The position numbers and the translations under genes were made by a program. This document shows positions 46,557 to 54,566 of a DNA stretch of 56,010 bases, piece by piece. Origin of the DNA: a virus (taxonomy: Duplodnaviria > Caudoviricetes); the IMG/VR virus record IMGVR_UViG_3300012005_000008, positions 1 to 56,010 of that record; one strand, 5' to 3'. How positions within the stretch are numbered: the stretch's first letter is position 1; each line of letters starts with the position of its first letter. The notes below the pieces were generated by a model, which searched no databases, was not told the DNA's origin, and was given only the letters and a program-made list of their open reading frames with translations.

Positions 46557-47495
46557 TTAGAACTTGTGGCGGATGCCAAAGTTAACAACTTTATCAGTAG
46601 ATGCCGCATCATACTTGGTTTCGCCGAGCGAAGCATACAAGTTTGTACGAGTCGACAACGAGTGAGTCATCCCCAAAGCAAGCTGAGTGGCTCCAATATT
46701 AGTATCCGAGCGATCTTGAAGCTTGACCATCGAACCCATGACGGTATCAACTGAAGTGATCGGTGCTGAAACGCCCAGCAAATAGTTGCGCGATTTCAGT
46801 CCACCGTTGTCGTTGTCAGCAAAAGCAACATGGGCCTTGACGATGTGCAGGTCATAGGTTCCACCGATGAGCATCGTACGGTTAGTAACTCCAGCAACAT
46901 CGGCGTGGTTATACGCGCCAGCTAACTTCAATGAACCCAGATCGACCGAGGTAGAAGCTCCAACGGTATTGCCATAACGGAGACCGTTCAGGGACTCCCC
47001 GAAGCTATAAGCCATCTCGCCAGAGACCGGACCCATGGAGGTGGAGTAGTTAACTGTATTGCTAACGCTACGACCACCGTCATTCATCAAATGAGTAGCA
47101 TCTCCTGCTAGACCGGCTTGAAACGGATCCAGGTCATACAAGGTATTATAGATCGGTGTAAGCTGGCGTCCAAATTTTACCGTTCCTAGAGTTGTGCTCG
47201 AGAGACCAACCCAAGATTGACGGTTGAACAGTCCATTTCCATAATGGTTGTCGAACGAGCCGGTGTCTGCGCTGAAACCAGCCTCCAGCCCAAAGATCGC
47301 GGCATTCCCGCCACCAAGGTCTTCCTTACCACGAAAGCCCAAACGGCTACCAGATTGAAGTCCGCTATTGAGCCCGGTAACTCCAGAGCTATGATTTACA
47401 CCCATGTCCACGATACCGTAGATGGTGGTTGATGATTGTGCAAAAGCGGTGGCAGAAAGTCCGGCCAAAGCAAGTGCGAGTGCTATCTTTTTCAT
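46557..47495 (-). CDS. Gram-negative general porin, Burkholderiales type
   Basis: Signal peptide MKKIALALALAGLSATAFA-QSS (start 47495, AAGGA ribosome-binding site), IYGIVD, SRLGFRGKEDLGGG, NRQSWVGLS, LSTRT.LYA and C-terminal GIRHKF. Confidence 0.95.
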   Translation of the reverse strand: MKKIALALALAGLSATAFAQSSTTIYGIVDMGVNHSSGVTGLNSGLQSGSRLGFRGKEDLGGGNAAIFGLEAGFSADTGSFDNHYGNGLFNRQSWVGLSSTTLGTVKFGRQLTPIYNTLYDLDPFQAGLAGDATHLMNDGGRSVSNTVNYSTSMGPVSGEMAYSFGESLNGLRYGNTVGASTSVDLGSLKLAGAYNHADVAGVTNRTMLIGGTYDLHIVKAHVAFADNDNGGLKSRNYLLGVSAPITSVDTVMGSMVKLQDRSDTNIGATQLALGMTHSLSTRTNLYASLGETKYDAASTDKVVNFGIRHKF

Positions 47496-47600
47496 AAAAT
47501 TTCCTTTTTGATGTTTGGTTGCTACAAAGAAGATTATAAACAAAAGTTTCCTATAAGTATGGTTTACTAGCGTAAACTGTATCTTAAAAGATACACAATC

Positions 47601-48230
47601 TTAAACTATTTGAGAGAACCAGTTGCGGAAGTCGCCTGGGTAGTCATCCGGGTTGTACATCCACAGACCTTCCCCGCAGATGTGAAACCGTACACATTGT
47701 AGCTCTCCGACCAAGACGGCCGAAGTTAACGAAATGAATCGTTCATTAGCTGGGTAGATGACCAATGTTCCCTTTTGCGGCTGGAACCCAAAGTTATAGA
47801 CTGGAAATTCGAGTTTCCCGCCTAATACTTGCGTGGAAATATCAAACGGAGGAGAATCTTGATAGTCTTTTAACCAAAGAAGTCCGGTTAGGTCTCGATC
47901 TTTTACACGAAGCCATTTCTTTCTCTTAAAGACCGCGTTCTCGCAATGCGGTGGTTCTGCTACCTTCCCGGTAGCAGGAAACTGTTGGAAAACTAGATGC
48001 TCGGTACCTCGATACTTAAATCCAGTATAGTGCTCCTGAAGCTTTGGAATGATTGGCTTATAGATGCTGAAGATCTCATCTTCTATCATCGTGTGGTGAC
48101 GTTCCATTGCTAAGTCTTCACCGTCTTCATTTTTATTCGGGAGAACACGAACCGCGGCCGCGATCCGATCACAAGCCGCGCCATCCAATAGATCTTGAAA
48201 CACCAGGAACGGTGATTTAATTTGTGACAT
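47601..48230 (-). CDS. Divergent 2OG-Fe(II) dioxygenase-fold protein
   Basis: PHCE, RDLTGLLWL.DY, GGKLEFP and PQKGTLVIYP; distal His and Arg not evident. Confidence 0.7.
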   Translation of the reverse strand: MSQIKSPFLVFQDLLDGAACDRIAAAVRVLPNKNEDGEDLAMERHHTMIEDEIFSIYKPIIPKLQEHYTGFKYRGTEHLVFQQFPATGKVAEPPHCENAVFKRKKWLRVKDRDLTGLLWLKDYQDSPPFDISTQVLGGKLEFPVYNFGFQPQKGTLVIYPANERFISLTSAVLVGELQCVRFHICGEGLWMYNPDDYPGDFRNWFSQIV

Positions 48231-48264
48231 TAATTTACTCTCTTATAAATTTTGTTATGCTTTG

Positions 48265-48272
48265 TATTTATA
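48265..48272 (-). promoter_or_regulatory. T4-type late promoter TATAAATA
   Basis: tatttata on the plus strand, 34 nt upstream of 48230. Confidence 0.75.
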
Positions 48273-48810
48273 GCTGTGCGTACTCATCCAACCCGGCATC
48301 TTCTAGCTCACGCTGGGCATCAATCACTCCAGCCTTCCCTTCACCGAGGTGTTTATTGAGGATATTTTCTACAACATTGTTATCCAACCGTATGCCGTTG
48401 ATTCCCTTAATTAACAACAACCCAAGAACGTGTGATTTGATAGGATTATTGTGACAAGAAAATTTTCCTTTGATAGCGTTAACTATCTTGTGGATATTCT
48501 TTAGCGAGGTCAATTTATTAAGGTTACAATCAAAATATCCACCAACTTCCTTAGGAGCGCCTTCTAGCGAGGTCAATTTATTATCGTGGCAATTAAAATC
48601 TAAACCAACTTTCTTTGGAGCTCCTTCTAGTGAGGTCAATTTATTATGGCCGCAATAAAAATATCCATCAACTTTCTTAGGAGCACCTTCAAGTGAGGTC
48701 AATTGATTATCGGCGCAATAAAAATCTCCAACTTCCTCAGGAGCTCCTTCTAAGGAAGATTTCTTCCAATGAATATCATTCGATTCTTTTAGTAAAGTTT
48801 TGAGTTTCAT
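48268..48810 (-). CDS. Leucine-rich-repeat-like protein (SLEGAP repeats)
   Basis: Four units of SLEGAP..V...F.C..N.LT; N-terminus MKLKTLLKE. Confidence 0.8.
   Translation of the reverse strand: MKLKTLLKESNDIHWKKSSLEGAPEEVGDFYCADNQLTSLEGAPKKVDGYFYCGHNKLTSLEGAPKKVGLDFNCHDNKLTSLEGAPKEVGGYFDCNLNKLTSLKNIHKIVNAIKGKFSCHNNPIKSHVLGLLLIKGINGIRLDNNVVENILNKHLGEGKAGVIDAQRELEDAGLDEYAQL
48500..48756. repeat. Imperfect 63-bp tandem repeat (21-aa units)
   Basis: gaggtcaat recurs at 48506, 48569, 48632 and 48695. Confidence 0.9.
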
Positions 48811-50345
48811 TTCTCGTCATCATCCGAAACGGTAAACAACTCGCTCTCTGGAACGTCAGCGTCCACGTCTGGGTTCTTCGCGATCAACACAGGAAGTCCC
48901 AGTTGCTCCAAAACGTTGCGGCCGATCAACACCTCATACTTCATGTTTGAACGATCGGTCAGCGTGAACTCGACCTGATTGAAACGCTTGCCGTGAATGG
49001 TAACATCGAGGCAAACAACTGGACGACGGGTTGAGGCGCCATTGTGAACGTTCTTGATCTTCACGACACGCTTAACGGCGGTCTTAAAGGTAACGTCGCC
49101 GCGCTTGAACTTAACCGATCCTTCATCGAAGTTGATCATGTCAGCGTGCAAGGAGCAAGTTGCTGCTCCGGTGTCAATACGAGCATCAACTGTTTGGTTC
49201 GGTGCCATGATGCGGTGAACGGTAACTGGCTCTACCTCTTGAATTGCTTCTGATGGAATTGAGTCTGGCGCAACTGACGCTGGGAGTTCAGCTCCAGGAT
49301 CTCCTGGACCATCGCTAGGGATGCTTGGTTCATCATTGGTCGGTTGCCAATTATTAATACCACCTAAATTGCCACCATCACCGATCGCAAATTTAATAAC
49401 GTCCTTTGGTAGATCTCGGTCTGGCCAATCTTTGGAGATAGCTTCAAGACCAGGCGATCCATTTACCTCAAGGATGATGATCTCCTTGTCTTCGCCTTCA
49501 CCGACTAAAATATAGTCAATGGCACAAAAGTTACATCCGAATAGCTCGACGATCCTGCGACCGATCGCTACCTCGGCATCTCCTGGGGTGTATGGTTCTG
49601 TCTCAGATCCTAGGTGGCTATTGGTTCGGAACTCATCCTTGTCCTTAGCTTGACCACGAAGGTTAGCTGCAAGAACTTGATCACCGATCATTATGATGCG
49701 GGCTGATTGCTCATGCTTGATGAACTCTTGGATCATGAACTCGATCTCTTCCTTAAGCAGCATCTGTGCAACGCCAACCAAAGATGAGCGGGAGTCGATC
49801 TTCATAACGCCGATACCATGAGTACCACGCAACGTCTTAACGACAGTTGGATACTTAAGGCGTCCAGCCTCCTCCATGAAGCCTACAACCTTCTCGACAT
49901 CATCTGGATTCTGAAGTGTAAAGCTATAAGGAGTTTTGATACCAGCGGTCGATAGGGTAACTTGTGACTTTAACTTATCATTACACAGCTCCATCGACTC
50001 GACTGAATTGAGAATGGTGGCTCCGCAGTCCTTCATGCGCTGCAGCATTGAAATCTTCATCTCGAGGTTATATTCATTAAGCCGCGGAATAACAACGGTG
50101 TCTGCATCTATCTCAAGCTTCGTGATCGCTCCAACTTCACCGGTGTCACGATTATCCCTAGCGGCAACGTAGATCTCTGACGCTAGCTTTTGTGTCTCTT
50201 CTTGACCGTCAATACCTTCGGCTATGATACAATGTGTGACATCAAGAATTTGAGCATCGATGCCCATCCCCTCGGCGGCTTTTTTCAGCGACTTGGGAAC
50301 GAAATTGCTTGGTTCGGCCGTGAAGATGATTACTTTCTTACCCAT
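48807..50345 (-). CDS. rimK: RimK-family ATP-grasp ligase fused to a C-terminal RimB-like retropepsin-type protease
   Basis: VIPR, C.DK, P.VVK.L.GTHGIGV, IQEFI, EFRTN.HLG, AID, and LEVNGSPG; then ARIDTGA..CSLHA, RRPVV, EFTLTDRSNMKYEVLIGRN.L. Confidence 0.88.
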   Translation of the reverse strand: MGKKVIIFTAEPSNFVPKSLKKAAEGMGIDAQILDVTHCIIAEGIDGQEETQKLASEIYVAARDNRDTGEVGAITKLEIDADTVVIPRLNEYNLEMKISMLQRMKDCGATILNSVESMELCNDKLKSQVTLSTAGIKTPYSFTLQNPDDVEKVVGFMEEAGRLKYPTVVKTLRGTHGIGVMKIDSRSSLVGVAQMLLKEEIEFMIQEFIKHEQSARIIMIGDQVLAANLRGQAKDKDEFRTNSHLGSETEPYTPGDAEVAIGRRIVELFGCNFCAIDYILVGEGEDKEIIILEVNGSPGLEAISKDWPDRDLPKDVIKFAIGDGGNLGGINNWQPTNDEPSIPSDGPGDPGAELPASVAPDSIPSEAIQEVEPVTVHRIMAPNQTVDARIDTGAATCSLHADMINFDEGSVKFKRGDVTFKTAVKRVVKIKNVHNGASTRRPVVCLDVTIHGKRFNQVEFTLTDRSNMKYEVLIGRNVLEQLGLPVLIAKNPDVDADVPESELFTVSDDDEK

Positions 50346-50568
50346 TTTTCTTTTCCTTGAATAACCGATGTAACACCTTTTCTAACGCATAGTGCAAGTC
50401 AACTTCTAGCTCTTGACCGTCATCTTCTGGAATGTTAATTCCCTTAGGGAGCTTAACGTGAATAGATAAACCGTCATCATGAATTTTTGTACTATAGACA
50501 GCTCCTGGTGTTTTGCACACGTGATCCTTGTCATATTCTTTCTTTTCGATGAGCGCGCCAATCTTCAT
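50338..50568 (-). CDS. Hypothetical protein
   Basis: 76-aa ORF with GAGGAG ribosome-binding site, overlapping both neighbours. Confidence 0.65.
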   Translation of the reverse strand: MKIGALIEKKEYDKDHVCKTPGAVYSTKIHDDGLSIHVKLPKGINIPEDDGQELEVDLHYALEKVLHRLFKEKKNG

Positions 50569-51413
50569 TTGACAGCTCCTCGCTTGTACATCTCGAGATA
50601 TTTTGACTTCTTAACTAACAAGCAAGGAGAATCAATCCACACCTCTCGAGGATCTGGCTTGTGAGCAAAGCTCTCAACGCGAATCGCTGAGAATCCATTA
50701 TTCTCTGGGTCGAGCTTCTCATTAATGTAGGCTTGGGTATTGGTGATGTGACGACTTAACAAATCGTTAATAACCTTTCGGTCTTCATCATTAATGGACT
50801 CATTATCCTTGAGCTTTCTCTTTAGGGCGTCTTTACCCTTAGAAACTACATCATCTATCTGCTTGATTAACTTGTTAAACTGTCCAAACGTATCTGGATT
50901 AACCTCTTCATCAAACTTTGCTTTCGGATCTAGCTGCGTAAGCGCTCTACAGAGCCCAGCGATCCACTTAGATAAGCCATCATTATCCATGCGGTCGATT
51001 CCAAAGTCCTTCTGCGCCAAGTTAAAGCTCTTATAGAACGATGACTTAGGGCAAATACCAACACGGGCATAGTCATAAGGAATCATCACATAAAGTTCAC
51101 TCTCAACATCTCCAGCTCTTTCGGCGCTTGTGTATCCGCGAAGAAACTTGCTACGGCTCGGAAATCTCTTCCAAGCTGTCATATCCTTAACTAGTCGATC
51201 TAACCAAAATGCGGTCTTAACTTCACGGACCGCTGGGGTTACCATCATGAAGTCAGCCTTACCGCTGTCGGTAAGGTAGATTGGTTGTTGACGGATGACA
51301 GCGTAAGAATTACGGCATGAGCTTTTTAGGAGCTCGAGAAACTTGCTCTCTGTGATCTCCTTCTTGTGCTCTGGTTGTGGCTTCTTTTCGTCAAGTAATT
51401 CGTTTAGGATCAT
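50565..51413 (-). CDS. Hypothetical protein, candidate head-internal protein
   Basis: MILNELLDE start; FPSRSK, LYVMIP and EVW motifs. Confidence 0.65.
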   Translation of the reverse strand: MILNELLDEKKPQPEHKKEITESKFLELLKSSCRNSYAVIRQQPIYLTDSGKADFMMVTPAVREVKTAFWLDRLVKDMTAWKRFPSRSKFLRGYTSAERAGDVESELYVMIPYDYARVGICPKSSFYKSFNLAQKDFGIDRMDNDGLSKWIAGLCRALTQLDPKAKFDEEVNPDTFGQFNKLIKQIDDVVSKGKDALKRKLKDNESINDEDRKVINDLLSRHITNTQAYINEKLDPENNGFSAIRVESFAHKPDPREVWIDSPCLLVKKSKYLEMYKRGAVK

Positions 51414-51943
51414 GGCTTCTTTCCGACGTTAATTCCAGCGGCGCGTTGTAAACGCTCTATATTTTCTTTCTGGAGACGTAATGACTGTGCTTGTTGTTGC
51501 GGTGTCATATCGGTCGTCGATGATTTCATTAGGTCGATAATATCATCTTCGCTGCTTGGGGGAAGCTGTTCCATGTCGATTGAACCATCAGCATTCTGAA
51601 CAGGGTATGAAGGATCATTATGCAGCTCAGTTTCGATTAATTCAATCTCGGCCTTGATAGCGTTAATGATGTTAATCTTATTAGGAAAAGAAACTGCCAC
51701 GAGGTTTAATGTACGCAGCATGCCTACAATTTCCGCCCAGTATTGAATACACCCGATCTTTTCATGATCATCGCCGATTAACTCTGGAGACGTCAGCGCG
51801 TGTTCATTTTCAAGAAGCTTCAGCTCTTCGCTAAGCTTACAAGTTCCACAAACCTTGTTAGTTTCAACTTTATGTTCAATGCACCGGCACGTAGTAACGT
51901 TTTGACAAACCGGGCAAGTATTACGTTCGTGATGTGTGTGCAT
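51410..51943 (-). CDS. Hypothetical protein with Cys/His-rich N-terminus
   Basis: HTHH...CPVC....CRC..H.......CGTC; C-terminal RLQRAAGI. Confidence 0.65.
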   Translation of the reverse strand: MHTHHERNTCPVCQNVTTCRCIEHKVETNKVCGTCKLSEELKLLENEHALTSPELIGDDHEKIGCIQYWAEIVGMLRTLNLVAVSFPNKINIINAIKAEIELIETELHNDPSYPVQNADGSIDMEQLPPSSEDDIIDLMKSSTTDMTPQQQAQSLRLQKENIERLQRAAGINVGKKP

Positions 51944-52596
51944 TACAAGTTCTCGTAGAAGGTAGAAACTCTTTCAAAGAGGCTTAACAAAAGATCATCA
52001 GTGATCGTTTTCTTAAACACCATAGGCATCTTATTCTCAACACCCATCAAGATCACCAGCTTGTCGATATTAGTTCCAAACATCTCATTGTGGGCCATCG
52101 CATAAAATGCGGTTTGGAGCCAGTAATCGCCGATCTCGTTCTTGTCTTTGATTCGGCTAGAGGTTTTATAATCAACAATGGTCAGAGTATTTTGATACTC
52201 TGCCACTAGATCGCATCGTCCAGCTACACCTAAGGTATCTGAATAGAGAACAACCTCTTGTCCTAATACCTTATTTATCTTCTTAATCTCTAACCTAAGG
52301 CTACGAAACATATTAGCGTGAGCTTCTGGAAATTCTTCAACTTTTGGATCTTCTCCGTTAAGAGCTCGTTCTAACATCAAGTGAACATTTGTTCCACGTT
52401 GAGCTGCATCTTGAGAAACCTGGGCAGCCTTCTTTTCGCCGATTCGCTGGCGCCAAGCTTGAAGAGAATTCTTTTTCTCTTCAAGCTCGGTTCCACCGAG
52501 AACTGTCGTGATGGAAGGATACATCTTTTCATCTGAGATGAGATAAATGCGCTTTCCATGAACGCTCGTAGTTTCATAATCGGTATAGGTATACAT
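51943..52596 (-). CDS. PD-(D/E)XK exonuclease
   Basis: YPSITTVL, W....G, RGTNVH...E, E..LYS...VAGRCD, IVDYKTS, and Y.LQ...YA...E. Confidence 0.9.
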   Translation of the reverse strand: MYTYTDYETTSVHGKRIYLISDEKMYPSITTVLGGTELEEKKNSLQAWRQRIGEKKAAQVSQDAAQRGTNVHLMLERALNGEDPKVEEFPEAHANMFRSLRLEIKKINKVLGQEVVLYSDTLGVAGRCDLVAEYQNTLTIVDYKTSSRIKDKNEIGDYWLQTAFYAMAHNEMFGTNIDKLVILMGVENKMPMVFKKTITDDLLLSLFERVSTFYENL

Positions 52597-54566
52597 TACT
52601 CTTCTTCGCTTGGTTTCTTGTCTTTCTTGGGAGCAACATCCTTGTCTTTCTTCTTAGGATCCTTTTCAGCATCTGGATCTTCCTTCCCCTCAGCACCATT
52701 TAATGCAAATTCCGAGAATTCCTTGATCTGTTTGGCGCTCATTGGATAAGTTGTATCATCTCCTGCTTTCTTGACGATAGCGTTGATTCCACGAGTCGAG
52801 ATGGTAATCTTCAACTTTGGATCTGTAGCGTCTTTTAAAACGATAACCGTATGTCCTTCAAGAGCCTTAACAGCTTTTTCAAGGCTTTCTGGATCTAGCG
52901 AAAACTTGAACTGATCATAAGAAATTACAGCATTATCATCTTCCATTGTATAAGTCCACTCTTGGACCTCGGTAAGAACAACAGTAGATGATGTCACAGC
53001 GGTACCTTCCTTAACATTGGTAGGAGCGCTATCTACCGCAGCTGGTTTTTGCTCATTATTATTCGGCTTTTGAAGAGCCATCGTTTCTCCAACAACGTCC
53101 ATCAATTGAACCAACATCTGGTGCATTGATCCATTGAACTTTAACGACAGCCTTGGTTTAGCTCGATTAATGAATGTCTTATAAACTGAGCTACCCAGTA
53201 AAGCGGTGGCTAATGATTTATTTGGAGTAGGATCGGCCATGTTGAACAGGTCCTCAATCAATGAGGTGAGATTCTCAGGAGTAATTCCTTCTTCCATCTG
53301 AGTATCTTGCGGATTGACCTTCTTTAACGCGTTAGTTAGCTTAATAAGCTTCATGCGAACGCCAGATTTAACGTTCATCGAGATGCCAGATTGAGAACGA
53401 TTAACGAGCGCTTTATATTGGCTTGTTCCTTGAAGCTGTTGGAGAAGCTCAGGTGTCGCAGAAACGTAAGTCAATAGCTGATTCACGCCATCCCAGAAAT
53501 CATGATAGAGCCCCTCATTGATGGTCATTAATGATTCCATAAACTTAGGTTTCTTCTTAACGATAACCTTCTTCTTACCTTCTTCCTCTTCGTCATCATC
53601 TTTCTTTGGTTTCTCTACTGGCTCATCAGGAGTGTCATCTTTTGGAGCCTCATCTTCATCACTTGGAGCTTCCTCTGGTTCTTCAACCGACTCTTCAGGA
53701 GGCTCTTCATCGGGTTCTTTTTTCTTTTTCTTGTGATGCTTTTTCTTAGGCTCATCATCTTTGTCCTTGGTTGGTTCTTCCTTAGGAGTCTCTTCGTCTT
53801 TTTCATCATCCTTAGGTTCTTCTTCAGTAGCGTCAGGATCTGACTTGCTGTGCGTCGCCTTGGAGACAAAAACCTTAAGAGCTGCTTTTAATGCAGTATC
53901 TTTAGTCATTTCAGCGGCGCGATGCTTGATACCTTGAACGATCGATGCCTTATATGGGCTCTTATTCAATGCTATCTCAGGAAGACCGAGCTCTAATAAC
54001 GCATGGTAAACCAACAGCTGTGTTGCAGTTGATAATCTGTCCTCAACAGATCCACCATCGGCACCTTCAGTTAAGCTAAATGCGATTCGCTCTCCAAGGT
54101 TTAGATCTTCCAACTTTGCAGTATAACCTTTAGAATTCTTTTCAGATTTGTTACCGTAAACCTGTTTATTCATTACTTCTGAACCGTCGGTCTGTGGAGC
54201 ATTATCTTCTCCGTCTTCGACATCTTCCTCTGCATCTTCATCTTCCTTATCATCGGGCCACTCGACGTCGACTATCTGGAATTCTTTTGATAGCTCGTTT
54301 AAGCATTCTTCGATATCATCGACCTCGCCCAGCTTAGCTGATAGAGCCTTCTCAAACTCTTCGGCTTGGTCGGCTTGAACGTAGACCTTAACTATCTTCC
54401 CATCGTCCGTCTCGAGACCAAAGGTAACGGTGTCGATGTCATCGAGCTTTTCCGAACGGTCAAGCTGCTTAAGGACATTATCTTCAATGCCACTAGAGTC
54501 TTCAGTTTCATTTTCTGATAGGAAACCAAACTCTTTCTTGAGCTTCTTCATCATGCTTTCAAACAT
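52596..54566 (-). CDS. Large acidic, low-complexity protein, candidate head-internal or scaffold-like protein
   Basis: Likely start MFESMM at 54566 (GGAGG ribosome-binding site); long D/E/K/P tracts; FLSE, LTE and INE motifs; ends KPSEEE. Confidence 0.7.
   Translation of the reverse strand: MFESMMKKLKKEFGFLSENETEDSSGIEDNVLKQLDRSEKLDDIDTVTFGLETDDGKIVKVYVQADQAEEFEKALSAKLGEVDDIEECLNELSKEFQIVDVEWPDDKEDEDAEEDVEDGEDNAPQTDGSEVMNKQVYGNKSEKNSKGYTAKLEDLNLGERIAFSLTEGADGGSVEDRLSTATQLLVYHALLELGLPEIALNKSPYKASIVQGIKHRAAEMTKDTALKAALKVFVSKATHSKSDPDATEEEPKDDEKDEETPKEEPTKDKDDEPKKKHHKKKKKEPDEEPPEESVEEPEEAPSDEDEAPKDDTPDEPVEKPKKDDDEEEEGKKKVIVKKKPKFMESLMTINEGLYHDFWDGVNQLLTYVSATPELLQQLQGTSQYKALVNRSQSGISMNVKSGVRMKLIKLTNALKKVNPQDTQMEEGITPENLTSLIEDLFNMADPTPNKSLATALLGSSVYKTFINRAKPRLSLKFNGSMHQMLVQLMDVVGETMALQKPNNNEQKPAAVDSAPTNVKEGTAVTSSTVVLTEVQEWTYTMEDDNAVISYDQFKFSLDPESLEKAVKALEGHTVIVLKDATDPKLKITISTRGINAIVKKAGDDTTYPMSAKQIKEFSEFALNGAEGKEDPDAEKDPKKKDKDVAPKKDKKPSEEE

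Noticed and set aside
48500-48756. 63-bp periodic repeats as a possible CRISPR array or diversity-generating retroelement target
   Set aside because: The units are in-frame coding repeats with no repeat-spacer structure, and no reverse transcriptase or template repeat is visible in the window.
51943-52596. Nuclease as a CRISPR-associated Cas4
   Set aside because: No Fe-S cysteine cluster, cas genes or array; it fits the common phage PD-(D/E)XK exonuclease.
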